A stretch of 63,995 nt of DNA, the filler included, from Reticulomyxa filosa (Eukaryota; Protista; Foraminifera): NCBI GenBank assembly GCA_000512085.1. It is 20 parts of 20 records of this genome, joined end to end, with 100 filler letters (N's around TTAATTAATTAA, not from the genome) between each part and the next. Parts side by side here need not be neighbours in the genome. Positions count along the whole stretch, not along the records: positions 22,974 to 27,171 come from ASPP01034756.1; positions 27,272 to 29,472 come from ASPP01023039.1; positions 29,573 to 31,060 come from ASPP01023316.1; positions 31,161 to 34,879 come from ASPP01009718.1; positions 34,980 to 36,372 come from ASPP01047688.1; positions 36,473 to 38,690 come from ASPP01026637.1; positions 38,791 to 40,306 come from ASPP01033183.1; 13 more parts are not named here. The stretch is one strand, 5' to 3'. Below, one piece after another: positions 26,701-38,959 of this stretch. Both the position numbers and the translations under genes were made by a program. The notes under the pieces were generated by a model that saw nothing but the letters and a program-made list of their open reading frames with translations, had not been told where the DNA came from and did no database searches. Every line of letters starts with the position of its first letter. Position 1 is the stretch's first letter.

Positions 26701-28245
26701 TGTAACAAAGTAAAGATAGCTTTTTTTTTTGTGAACTTAGAAACATTTCTACCATCATGAAAATCGTTTCACCAATCATCGAGCTTGGTTCCCATCAATC
26801 TTCGCCATGACAAAGTCAGCAACGCCGATTTATTTACTAACACATTTACGATCACGAATCAATCCGACACTGTCACTAACATTTTTTTCTTGGATTAATC
26901 AAATCATCGTGATCGTCGGCTAATACTTTCCATTCACACTATCTTGTTTGAAGAAGGCTACAACTCATCCAACGCAATGCCAGTGTCGATTTGATATTGG
27001 AAAATCGATTTTTCATATAAACGAATTGCCCCAATCGCGCTATCTCTTGTTCAAGTAATACGAATATCCAATTTTGCGCTTCTTGGGCGTTCTTCACTTT
27101 CTTCTGCCCCCCCCTCTTATTCTTTGAACTACGCGCTAATGCGCATTTCTTCCATGATTTTTGGGATAATGNNNNNNNNNNNNNNNNNNNNNNNNNNNNN
27201 NNNNNNNNNNNNNNNTTAATTAATTAANNNNNNNNNNNNNNNNNNNNNNNNNNNNNNNNNNNNNNNNNNNNTGAATGAAGAAGATGTGGAATTGTTTTTT
27301 GAAACAGTACCTCCATGTGAAGATTGTTTGAAAATTTACTAAATTTGAGGATGTATAGAAAAAGAGTATTATTGTTATTGATTGTTTTCATTGAGTGGGA
27401 AGCAATTTTCAAGCTTTCTTTTTTTTTCAATTGGTTAAAGGGTTAAATAATTATAATTTTTTTTTTGTGCTTTTGATTGTTAAGTTGTTTCATTTGTAAA
27501 AATCATTCAATTGTAATATCATGAATGAGCCTTTTTTCAAAAGTTACTGAAAATAATAACACATTTATTATTATATTAATATGATATCAATTGTGGATAG
27601 AAAACATTTGGTTCAGCCTCAAGAAAATTAAGAGATGTAATAAATGGGTTCAAAATTAAAGTAAGATTTGACGAGACAATGGGAAAAATGTTGAAGTGGA
27701 AAAAAAGATTAACAGTGAGTGGAAGCAAGAAGTCCTTACACTGGTCAAAACACATGGGCAGAAGAAATAAGAAAGTTAGTACACACGTATACATTTTATG
27801 TGAGATTAAAAAAAAAAGCTATAAAATCGGTATCAATGCTGGAGGTCAATTTGTGATTGATTGAAAATCATAAAAAAGGACAAACCAGAGAGATATCGAG
27901 TTGAAAGCTTTTAACCAATATTTAAATAAATTTGTTGATCAATGCAACACTTTCAACTTAAATATTGATTATATTTTTGTTATTTTGTTTTAATTGTTCT
28001 GACCTTTTTCTTAAGCACTGCAAGTTTATCAAATTTTGTTATAATGTGAAAATTATCAAATTTGGAAATTTTCAGTTTACATATTTTTAGTTATTTTTGT
28101 CCGTAGAAAAAGGGACTTGCATATGATTGAATATAAAAAAAAAGTAATAACATTCGAAAAGAACATCATGTAACTATCCAAAATTGCACCCAATGGAATA
28201 TACAAAAAGATTCTAATAAATAAAATAACAAACGAAATGTCAAAA

Positions 28246-28379
28246 CATAAATACAGTAGGTTGCAAAGAAAACTGAACGCCTAAAACCATATTCTATGAT
28301 GATAATTGATTTTTCATGGAGAAAATCAATTATCATCGTTTTAGGCGTTCAGTTTTCTTTGCAACCTACTGTATTTATG
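28246..28379. repeat. 134-bp fold-back / MITE-like inverted repeat
   Basis: A perfect 42-bp outer arm (cataaatacagtaggttgcaaagaaaactgaacgcctaaaac) and a 16-bp inner arm (gatgataattgatttt), with a 10-nt bulge on the left side. Confidence 0.92.
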
Positions 28380-29049
28380 GACTAATTGCATATTTGCAAA
28401 AAAAGTAATTTTGAAGAAAACCCTTGTCATCAAAAAATTAAAAATTAATGAAAAAACATTGGGCAAAGAATGACTCGTAAACTATTGATCGGGATTGTTT
28501 GGAATGAGTTTTCAAAAAATAATAATTCATATTCAATTACCCGTTCTTGTGCATTCAAATTACCCATTTCCTATAAGTTTGAGTAAACTAGAAATTAAAA
28601 ACAAATTCTTGTTGAATCCAAGAAAGGTTTTTTTTAAGGAGAAATAAAACCTTGTTTGCTAGTAAAGAAGCAAAAATAATGAGAAATTAGAAATTATTTC
28701 AGTCCTTCATCACTATACTCATATTCTCTTTGTATAGTTTTAGATTTGTTAATTGTTTGCAATGACAAAAAAAAAAGACTCTTTCCTATAGAAAAAAAAT
28801 ACATTGTGTGTATGTATAAATAATGGATGTTAATATTATACAAAATAAAACACTTATTTCTCATACAAAGTTCATATTTATTAAATAAAAGAATTCTTTA
28901 TTGACCCTCGTGATCTTTAAAAAAAAAAAAGTTGAAAATTCATCATCAAAGATCAAGATACTTTAGCTTAGTAATGAAAATTTCGTTTAAGGTATTTTTT
29001 AAACTTTTTCTTTTTATTGTTTTTCTCATTTTGCTTTATGATTAAAACA

Positions 29050-29472
29050 GTCAAAAGAAGAAGAAGAAATCCAAATCATTATTCATCGTTGGATTCGAAA
29101 ATTAAAGATCAAATTAGGATGGATCAAAGATTTTGATAAACTCGTTGTCAATTATGTTAGTTTATTTGTTCTTTCTTTTTTAAATACTAATTAAAATATT
29201 TAAATATTCTTTAACATAGGCATCTACTTTCTTCATTTTTGACACATTCCGTTCATCATCCAAATTAATCAATACATTCACTGGACATACAAAATCTGTG
29301 TGGAGTATTGATTATTCAACATTTGATGATTGTCAATTCATTTGTTCTGGATCACATGACAAAACAGTTCGTGTATGTGATGTTGATAATAACAAACAAA
29401 TCCAATCATTCAATGGACATTCAAGTTATGTGAATTGTGTAAAATTTTCATCATATCATTATCATAATCATC
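29050..29472 (+). CDS. WD40-repeat protein of the expanded Reticulomyxa-type family (3'-truncated)
   Basis: SKEEEEIQIIIHRWIRKLKIKLGWIKDFDKLVVNY | intron | FDTFRSSSKLINTFTGHTKSVWSIDYSTFDDCQFICSGSHDKTVRV..FNGHSSYVNCVKFS. Confidence 0.85.
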
Positions 29473-29572
29473 NNNNNNNNNNNNNNNNNNNNNNNNNNNN
29501 NNNNNNNNNNNNNNNNTTAATTAATTAANNNNNNNNNNNNNNNNNNNNNNNNNNNNNNNNNNNNNNNNNNNN

Positions 29573-30890
29573 TACCAATAGACTACTGATCATAGATCTG
29601 TTTGCATATTGGTATTCTTAATGTTAATTTCGTCTCTTAATCTATTACCATCTGAATCAATACTGGATTGATTGCAAGAAGTATTGTAATTGTTGAAATG
29701 ATGTTGCCCACTACATAACACATTTGTTTTTGCTTAGATTGTTCTTGTTTCTGCATTTTGCTGCTTCATGATTAGCCAATCCGCAATACTTGCACGCTTT
29801 ACGTTTCTTTGGGCATTCACGAGCAATATGTTTCAATTTATAGCAGTTTCTGCATTGCCTGAAATGCGACTTTGCGCTTTCGTGGTTGATACACCACGAA
29901 TCAGGATAACTCTATTCACTTCAGGATTTGTCACTGCTTCTCGTCTTCTCTTTTGTTCAGCAACGAATGTCTTGCAATAAATATCACATCTTGAATGTGT
30001 GTGCTAATACTTTTCTTAGCAACACATTTTTGCTCTTTAATCCAAGGCAAAGAAACTGTCGTCGAGTTTTCATATTCTTTTTCCATGTTCTCGAATGTAA
30101 TCTCATCAGCTTTCTTTTCGTCGTTGTGTTGCGATTTGAACTTGACACAACAACTTGCAAAGTTGAGCGATAATGCTTTGCCTTCTTCACTTTTTCATTT
30201 ATTAATCCATCATCTGGTGTTTTCCTTTTCGTTTTGTTTATTTTGATATTATTATTATCAACATCCATCTTGTTCTGCTGCTTTGCCGTTCCATAATCTT
30301 GGGAATTGATAGCCTGGAATTTGAAATATCAATCCCATGATTAATTCCAATTCCAAGCAGCAAATGATTTACTAGTGGCAGACATGTTCGGAAGTGTAGT
30401 TAACATGTCTTTCTTACCATTAGATCGGATGCTTGAACCAATTCAATTTTGGGTATTTTGTCCAATCATGGCTTGCAGTAGAGCAAATTGGGGTAAAGAC
30501 ACCTTGCATCGACCGTCCGGATCGCCTTCACAAGCCTTGTTATCAGAGAGTGGGTTTCGGTTTTGCCCAATGTTCAGTAGAAGTTACCCGATCCTCGGAG
30601 TTCTGCCAAAAACAAAAGACTGGTATTTGCATCGAGATTGCCAATTTCCCGGAAGGCGTCGAACACCAGGAGTTACTTATCACAAAAATCCAACTACTAA
30701 AAAAAATTTTTAATCAATATAAAAATTAATTTTACTAAAAAAAAAATTCGGACTTTGACTTGAGGATTCTTGTTGTGTTGAAACTACTTGACTTTTCGAC
30801 GATTTTAAGATATATCGATATATCTACCTGTTCTAAGTTTACTTGAAGTGATCTCGAGATAATCTTGACGATTTTTCACGACAATCGTTA
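29573..30890 (-). mobile_element. Probable decayed retroelement 5' region (UTR plus basic ORF1-like remnant)
   Basis: Broken Lys-rich minus-strand reading (MDVDNNN..KRKTPDDGLINEKVKKAK) preceded by a GC-richer leader. 30685-30880 is repeated at 49885-50085. The retroelement call is inference. Confidence 0.35.
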
Positions 30891-31160
30891 ATGATGATAA
30901 TAGATTTTTTTTTTTTGAAGAGTGATTATACTGACTGATTGCAAGTTCATGATTAATGCAATATTCAACAAACGGGATTTTGACATCTATAAATTGCCAA
31001 TTATTGATTATCAGAAATATTGAAATTATTTAATGAGAATAACGTACCAGAGATCTATTGNNNNNNNNNNNNNNNNNNNNNNNNNNNNNNNNNNNNNNNN
31101 NNNNTTAATTAATTAANNNNNNNNNNNNNNNNNNNNNNNNNNNNNNNNNNNNNNNNNNNN

Positions 31161-31200
<40 letters not shown>

Positions 31201-31252
31201 CACATACATATGTACATTTATACATATTTAAATATAAAAAAAATTTCTTTTG

Positions 31253-32027
31253 TTATCCAATAACCGATAAATATTGACAAAAATAGAATCTTTCTTCTCT
31301 TCGGCTTGAGACAACGCAGTATCGCATAATTTTCTCAACAGCTCAGCTTTGCCTCTCCCTTCCACAAAGACCACCAACGGAGAATGAAAGGATATGTCCC
31401 CACCCATGCATCCTTTAGGCTGTGACACCGTGTGATGCAACGCGTACATCTTCACATTTTCTTCTTTGAATATAAACTCGTGGAAACCTAATCCCAGCGT
31501 CACGTATGTCTTGTGTTGTTCTTCCTCACTGAATTTTATCGACAAAGACCCAATTTATGTTTGAATGTATATGCATGCATTTATGTATAATTTTTACTTT
31601 TTTTTTTTTTTTTTTTTAAAAAAAATTAATTGTTTGTTGTTTTGTTATTGCTGTGCTTGTTTTATGGCAAATTTTTTAGTACGACATCAATCGTGCTTCC
31701 AAAAAAAAAAAAAATTTGCTTTGTCAGCAAAATGTTCGTTTGTTGCGCTTTTAACTCGTTTTCTTTTAAGTCCACGTCTGCTTTCTCACTCTGTCGGGCA
31801 ATCTTTGCCAATCGTTGTAACAACCGTTTCGCTGGAGAGGAGTTCTCTTGCGGAAAAATTCGATACGATTGCTGACAATGGGCGACTACGTAATCTCCTA
31901 TCAAACTGTACAGTCTGCTTTCACCTTCCAGTTCGACATATGTGCAGCTGTCAACTTTTAAGCGCTCGGCAAGCCAAGCAGGAAAAGGTTTATATCGATA
32001 AGCCAAATTTATCTCAGTTGCTGACAT
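31253..32027 (-). CDS. Hypothetical protein N-terminus, possibly the N-terminal region of a BCS1-like AAA ATPase (3'-truncated)
   Basis: Exons in ORFs 31662-32027 and 31228-31545. The segment TLGLGFHEFIFK...ELLRKLCDTAL...VNIYR resembles the BCS1_N region. No ATPase motifs lie within the contig. Confidence 0.4.
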
Positions 32028-32721
32028 TCTTGAATTAAAAGCAATTTGTGTCGAAATTTGAAGGGGGGAAATGATGCAAGCAAATAAATAACAAATAGGT
32101 CCTCAATAGGGGGGACAAAAAGGAAAAAGCGACGTCTTACTTTTGGTTTTGTTACTCACACTTGGATGATTACTCTCCAAAAAAGATTAACTTATCAACA
32201 ACGAATTACCATTTTCATGAAAAGAATATTTATACTTTTAATGAGAAAGAATGGTACAAATAAATACAAAAATATTGTGGACGTTGTAAAATTTATTATT
32301 TTTATTTTTTAAAATTTTTTTGTGTGGTGCAAAATGAGGAGAAAAAAAAGCAAAAGGGGCAGGGGTAATCGCATTTTTTTTTTTTTTTAATCTGTGATGT
32401 TTGTTTGCTTTCAAGAATATAGAAGGTTTTCGAAGCTTATACTGACGAATTTACTATTATTCTCGACAAAATGCAATCCTGTCTTATTGTTGGCTTTGTT
32501 TTAGCTATTTGTATAACATAGTTAAACAAGAACACAAAAAACATAAACGCGAAAACGATTGTCAATTTAACAAAAAACTGACATATAAATACTGTCAGTA
32601 TGTGAATGTGAAAAGAATTAAGTGTTAGCACCACAATCTGTTGTTGGGATTTGAAAAAATAAAATTTTTTCAAGAAAATTCAAATTTTTGATCAACTAAT
32701 TTTTGCGATAAGTTTGACTTG

Positions 32722-33298
32722 TTAATAAATAAGACGTTTAAAAAGAAGAACGGAAGCAATAAAATACAACTCAGTTATCCCTGTTGGCATTCTGTAATTT
32801 TTGTTTTTGTGTTTTAGGTTTGTAAAAAAATGTACATGTAACTTAACGTTATGAATAAAAAAATGATCCAATAAAACCAATTTGGCCATTCCAATAACAA
32901 AAATAATGCTATCAGTAATGTTGCAATGGAATGAGCGACACTATCTAGTTACATAGAAACACATTTTTTAAATTTTAAACTATTATTTTTTTTAAGATAG
33001 ATGCTTTTCAAAACAGATCAAATTCAGGGAATATCGAAAAAACGTCAGACCGGTGAATAATCCTACCCATTGAACGCATAAACAAATTAATGACAAACAT
33101 GCTGCTCCAAACACCACTGCGTCCACATTCTTTGTATGTACGTAAGTGTGTTTGTTTGGAGATAAAAAGAAAAAATAACAATTGATTTATACAAACTTTA
33201 TTTTGACTCATTAGAGTCATAAGAACGGCAATGAAGTGTCCAATAGTAGCATAAAATCGAATCGGTACAATTTGATGTTCTGTCGTCATCAGAGTCAT
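32722..33298 (-). CDS. TMEM107: Transmembrane protein 107, ciliary transition-zone component (about 4 exons)
   Basis: Hand-spliced: IVPIRFYATIGHFIAVL / VFGAACLSLICLCVQWVGLFTGLTFF / SVAHSIATLLIALFLLLEWPNWFYWIIFLF / MPTGITEL..IY*. Matches TMEM107 motifs VPSRF..H, G..SG.SMF, AH..A, W....YW.IF, P..TE. Confidence 0.8.
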
Positions 33299-33662
33299 AA
33301 AAATTAGTTTCTCGATCTTTTTATTTGTCGATCATTTTTAATATTACTTTTTATGGACACATGACGTCAATTTAAAATGGCATTTCACTTAAATGGAAAA
33401 AAACAAACAAAAAATTGATCATCTCATTTATCAAACTTCATCTTTTTTTTTAAATTTTTGTCGGAGAGTTTATTTTTGTCAAAGCAGTTTATTTTCATTT
33501 AACGGAGAAGCCATAAAATATGTCAATTATTTGTGCTTCTCGAAGTAATTGTGCAAAAATGATTAAAAATCAGTTTTGGGCAAAAGAATAAATTGTTGTG
33601 TTGAATTTTTTTTTTTTAGTCTTATTGTTTAACTCTCGAATCCCCAAAATCTAGTTATTGAG

Positions 33663-34724
33663 ATGTTTAGACAGCCAAAAAAACGTCGTCATTTGTCACC
33701 TGAAGGTGATGCTGATCATACCGGACAAACTCGTTCTGGAAAGAGATTTAAGCCACACAACTTCAGTCAACAATCAGTTTTGAATAGACACTTGAAAAAA
33801 AAACGTGTGTTGGTTCAATTAAATGAGGAGTGATAAGAGGAAAGGTGGGGAGGAAAAGGAAAAGGAAAAGGAAAAGGAGAAAAGAAAGGAAGAGGGAAAG
33901 AAAAAGGGTGCTAAAATAGGCTAATTAAAAAAAAAAAGAAGCGATAAGTGCAGAAACAAGGAGAGAAGAAAAAAAAAAAAAAAGTGTTGAATTTTGGTGA
34001 GTTGGATTTTTGTGCGTAATTGAGTTTTCTGACGCCACAAATGAAGGGATTAAAAATTGAAAAGCAAGACAGTATGAAACTAGTAAAGCTCTCAAATCCA
34101 ATATTGTATATACCTAAAAGTTTTATTAAAAAAAAAATAAATAAATAAATAAACAAAAAAAAACTATCGAAACAGCACCCAAACAACGCGCTTTCATTTG
34201 AACGAAGGAATGAAGCAGAAGCAAAAGAAAAAGAAAAAGAAAAAGAAAAAGAAAAAGAAAAAGAAAAAGAAAAAGAAGAAGAAGATAGTGACAGTAGCAC
34301 GGAGTACATCGAACGACAAGTGGTGAACGGCCACTATGATCTGCGAAAACGAGTGAAAAAACCGAAAAACAGATGGCTAACGGACTATCACCACACGCAC
34401 GGCACGGTGGAAGCAACGACGAGAAGTCGAGCGAAGGAAACGACTGGCGTGAACGACCAAACAGAGCGAAAAGGGAATGTTGATAATGATAATGATAATG
34501 ATAATGATAATGATGATGATGATAACGACAATAATGATAATGATGAGGACTATGACGAGACGATAGAAGAGGAGGAAAACGAAGACGATGAATATGTATG
34601 TTCGATACGTGGTGGTAGTTCAGCTGTAGCGACGCGGGTCAGTCAAAGGCAAAAAAGACGGCGTAGTGTGGCAACAAACACCTCAACCGCAAATAAAGAA
34701 ATGGGAGACAATGACAATAACAAC

Positions 34725-34767
<43 letters not shown>

Positions 34768-34879
34768 GTAATGATGAAACTAGACACTCGGTCGAATATT
34801 GGCAACAGATATTTGATAGCACAAAGTCACAGTGCCTGAGTGATTTGCGCAAAATGTGCAAGGGACTGAAAATCGATGG
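33663..34879 (+). CDS. Low-complexity basic/acidic putative nuclear protein with a possible SAP motif (3'-truncated)
   Basis: ATG at 33663 (MFRQPKKRRH, NLS-like). Exon ~34176-34879 has (KE)n, (DN)n and poly-N tracts and ends CLSDLRKMCKGLKIDG, which is SAP-like. Confidence 0.5.
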
Positions 34880-34979
34880 NNNNNNNNNNNNNNNNNNNNN
34901 NNNNNNNNNNNNNNNNNNNNNNNTTAATTAATTAANNNNNNNNNNNNNNNNNNNNNNNNNNNNNNNNNNNNNNNNNNNN

Positions 34980-35429
34980 TAATGGGCTTTACAGAGTTAA
35001 TAAAAATCATGAGTTTAATGTCCCGATGGGAAATTATCAAAACCCCACAATTTGCGATGAGGATAATCTATTAATTGTTTCTGAAGTTTTAAAACACGCT
35101 GATATCAAATATCAGGATTTTACAAAATAACACCCAATAAGGGTGATTTTATTTATTTTGACCCCCCTTATCACCCTATTTCGAAAAATTCTTTTACAAA
35201 ATATATAAGCAATGGATTTTCAGAAAAAGACCAAATAAGACTAAGAGATTTTGTACTGGAATTAAGTAAAAATGGTGTTAATGTAATGTTGTCAAATTCT
35301 GATGCTGATTTTATTTCTAATATTTACAAAAAGAATTTTGAAATTATAAAAATATCTGCTCCCAGGTTAGTAAACTGCAAGGCCGATAAAAGACAATCAG
35401 TTTACGAAACATTAATCACAAATTATTAA
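34980..35429 (+). CDS. Bacterial Dam/DpnM-family N6-adenine DNA methyltransferase, C-terminal half (one frameshift at ~35127)
   Basis: NGLYRVNKNHEFNVPMG...YQDF / GDFIYFDPPY..SFTKY..GFS..DQIRL..VMLSNS..ETLITNY*. DPPY motif IV present. One extra A in the run near 35124-35127 restores the frame. Confidence 0.9.
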
Positions 35430-35432
35430 ATT

Positions 35433-35919
35433 ATGGCAAAGCAAGGTGGCAAAAGAGCTGGCGAATTAGGGGTTCAACTTGAAGGTTTTGTTGAAGAATT
35501 AATAAAAGATGCTGGCTATGAATTTGTAACAAAAAGTAAATTTATTGTCGCTTCTAATGCTCTTAGCCAAAAACTTTATACAAAACAATTTCAGATTTGT
35601 GAAAGCATATATTCAACCCTTGATAATTCACACTATTGTCAAGCTGACTTTCTTATCTTTAATCCCAAAGATAAAGAAAAATATATAATTATTGAGTGTA
35701 AATCTCAAACCTCACCAGGCAGCGTTGATGAGAAATATCCTTATCTAAACGAAAATATAAAAGCCAAATATCCCTATAAAACAATTATTAGATGCTCCAG
35801 CGGCTAAGAAAGGAGCTGTTAATTGGCTTAAATCTCAAGTAAAAACCAACGAAAAATTAATTAATGTTTTTCAAAATTTTTCTGAGTTCAGAGCTTGGGC
35901 AATTAAAAATTTAGGGTGA
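35433..35919 (+). CDS. Bacterial PD-(D/E)XK nuclease, putative cognate restriction endonuclease (frameshift at ~35787)
   Basis: Starts 3 nt after the MTase stop. ADFLIF...IIECKSQTSPGSVDEKYPYL; the shifted frame continues LDAPAAKKGAVNWLKSQV..WAIKNLG* to 35919. Confidence 0.75.
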
Positions 35920-36202
35920 CATTCTTTATAATTACCATCGTTGAAGCTTCAGATGGATTAGATTGAGGGAGAGGGAAACTCAGGGTAATTGTTGTGCCAA
36001 TACCTACCTCACTTTTTATTTCGAATTTTCCTTTCATCAATTCAGCTAGCTTTTTAGTTAAAGGTAAGCCTAGGCCAGTACCTTCATAGCGACGGCTTAG
36101 TTTATTATCCACCTGACCAAACGGTGCTAATGCTTTAGCAATGTCCTGTGGTTCCATACCAACCCCAGTATCAGATATTTCAGTGATGATTGTACCTAAA
36201 TC
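35903..36202 (-). CDS. Sensor histidine kinase HATPase_c C-terminus (PleC/DivJ-like, alphaproteobacterial), 5'-truncated
   Basis: ISDTGVGM (G1 box), ALAPFGQVDNKLSRRYEGTGLGLPLTKKLAELMKG (F/G2 boxes), SEVGIGTTITLSFP. Confidence 0.88.
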   Translation of the reverse strand, partial: DLGTIITEISDTGVGMEPQDIAKALAPFGQVDNKLSRRYEGTGLGLPLTKKLAELMKGKFEIKSEVGIGTTITLSFPLPQSNPSEASTMVIIKNVTLNF

Positions 36203-37152
36203 TCAGGGCGATCGGATGAAATAAATACAAAATAGTTGAGAAAAAGAGAGGAAAGTAGAAGCATAGAGGTATAAACCAAAAGAGAGGTTATATGCCATCA
36301 AGCAATAAGAGTTTTATAAACTATTTTAATGAGATAAGAGATCCAAGGCAGGAAGCAAAGGTCATTCATAGGNNNNNNNNNNNNNNNNNNNNNNNNNNNN
36401 NNNNNNNNNNNNNNNNTTAATTAATTAANNNNNNNNNNNNNNNNNNNNNNNNNNNNNNNNNNNNNNNNNNNNATTGCACAACATAATCATATTTTCATAT
36501 TGTTGATTGAAAAGAATTTATTGATAATAAAAAAAACTCAAATTTTCACTTGATCCACGAGATTATTCAAAAATACACTTCAAAAAAAGAAATGAATGTA
36601 CTACTTTCTTGAATTTCGAGACAGCTAATGTTTAATGATTTAATTAAAAGTAATAAACAGCGTTTTCAAAATATATATTGTGATCTTATCATTTAAAAAG
36701 GTCGAATTTATTATTTGTTGAAATAATGCAATAATACAATAATGTATGAAAGTTGCACCTTAACAGAAGCAACAGGATTAGTTTTGCATTAGTCAAGTCA
36801 AAAAGGAATAAGTATGAAAGATTTACTTATTTATTTCATTTTTCTTTTCTTAAAATGATAATGTATGGATAAGCACAAAGTTCTTACGGAATATGAAAAA
36901 GGTAATGACACAAAATTTTTAGTACAATGAAGGAATAAACCAGATAAGGATTTGTTCATTTTATTTCATGTCACATTTTGATATCTTACTGTTGGGACAT
37001 TTTTTGAGCTTATTTAGTTCCTTTCTCTGCCTAAAAAACTCTAACTAAACTTGTTGATTTGCTTGAGTTGAGCCGAATGAAAACATCGATGGACGTCTAG
37101 TATAAATAAAGCATAAAAAAAGTAAGACATTATTTCGTGTCTTTTTTTTTTT

Positions 37153-38640
37153 TCACTCTTTTTCTTCTAACTTGGACGCAGAGTCAGTTGCATTGCAAAT
37201 TGCTTTCGCTTTTGCTGCCTTTGATTTCTTGGTTACAGTAGATGCATGTTCACGCTGATGTGATGATTTAGAATTAGAGGAATAAGTTTTAGTTACAATT
37301 ACAGGTGACCTGTTTATATAAGCCCTGTTTACAAAGAAATATTCTTTATGGTAAGACAATATTTGCAAAACTTATCCGAGAAATGCGTCGTTCTTTTTTG
37401 TCTATTCCGTTTGGCAGATTGTGAAGGAGGAATAATGGGAATGTTTGTATCCGATAACCGATGATAATTTTTCCAAATCTTTGCTAAAGGAGCCTTTCCG
37501 TCCTCTGTAGGGACATTGATTTCTCCTTTAGCTTTGCTCCTACTTTTTTTTTTTTTGAACTATTTAACGACTCGCTATGCTTGCGCTTCGGAGGTGTCGC
37601 TATCTCCACTTCCTCTTCACTTGGCACTACCTCAAAACAAGTAGGTTTTGAACGCTTCAAAGCCCCTGCAATTTGTCGTGCTTTTGCATTTATCAACTAT
37701 TATACATTTCAACATTTAGTTTTTTCAAAAAAATATAGTTGCAAAGCAAACTAACTTTAAAAAAAAAAAAAAAAAACTCTTATACTTAAAACCCGTTGCA
37801 AATTTTCGTAGACATCCATCACAAGTTTGAGCATTTCCATTTCAATGTTTGAAAGCTCTACATTGTCTTGACTTTTGGACATGTCGTGAGCGTCTTTTAG
37901 AGCTTGTTGCAAGTGCTTTAGCGCGTCGATCAGGTTGTTTGGAGGATTGCCCCCTTCTGGCTTGCTGACCGTCGCTGATATATTGTTGTTATCAAATCCA
38001 ACGCGATCAAATTCTGCAAATTTTACTTTTTACGAACATCACTTTGTGGTTGTGTGCAAGGCCCATATGACTGTTGATTTTGCGCAGACTGATTTCTTGG
38101 AGCCGTTTTTGGAATATCGTTTAATCTCCTTTGATTCTAAGTTTTGCAGTTTGAAGAAAAAAAAAGTACTGACATTGATACCAGAGTTGGAGCCAAAGTG
38201 CAAGAAACAAAACAAACTGGAGTGGCAGGGGTGGATGGACACTGAGAATTGCTTGGATTGGAATTCGAGTAAGACGTGAAAGTTGTGCTTATGGTATCAT
38301 TAACAGATAAATTTTCTTTTGGAGCCAATGACTGGAAACTGTAAGCGATAGGATGATGTGAATCGTCAGTAATGACCAAATTGGTGCTATTTGGGCTTTG
38401 TGGGCCTACTTTTAGACTATTGTTTGCATTACAGTACGGTACAAAATATCCATTCATTGCATCCATATTTGGAGGGGCGTACATATATTGATGAAATAGA
38501 GGGTATCCTGGTGCATATATAACCGGTGACGGATAAAAACGATGATTCGATCTTGGAGTGGTGACAGGCGTTTGTGTTGATTCATTGGCCGTTGATAGTA
38601 CTTTGTTCACTCCGTTTTGAACAGGTGCCTTAAGATTGTT
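37153..38640 (-). CDS. Hypothetical Ser/Pro/Lys-rich protein, 3' part, multi-exon
   Basis: Chain of minus-strand ORFs (38137-38610, 38039-38242, ~37790-38030, 37484-37696, 37153-37368) separated by homopolymer-rich gaps. Confidence 0.5.
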
Positions 38641-38651
38641 TATTATTATTG

Positions 38652-38690
<39 letters not shown>

Positions 38691-38959
38691 NNNNNNNNNN
38701 NNNNNNNNNNNNNNNNNNNNNNNNNNNNNNNNNNTTAATTAATTAANNNNNNNNNNNNNNNNNNNNNNNNNNNNNNNNNNNNNNNNNNNNTATTTGTTGG
38801 TAATGTAATTGGGAAAGTTGTCAGTGAGAAGTGCATTTGTTGAATCAAAATGTAACAAATTTTGTCGGCGTATTGAAATGGTATGAAGGAGCCATGGCAG
38901 GGAATAAGATAATACTACATACGCATGATATTATTGTTATTAAGATTTATCAAACATCA

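Noticed and set aside
27600-27870. Possible Tc1 transposase remnant (KKRLTVSGSKKSLHWSKH) near the hairpin
   Set aside because: Resemblance too weak; no DDE motifs could be read.
33911-34861. Minus-strand ORFs with (FS)n, (LF)n and poly-Leu
   Set aside because: Antisense translations of GAAAAA and AAT microsatellites in the plus-strand gene.
34980-36205. R-M cassette as horizontal transfer into the protist genome
   Set aside because: Operon-like, intronless and without convincing host flanks. Co-assembled bacterial DNA is the simpler explanation.
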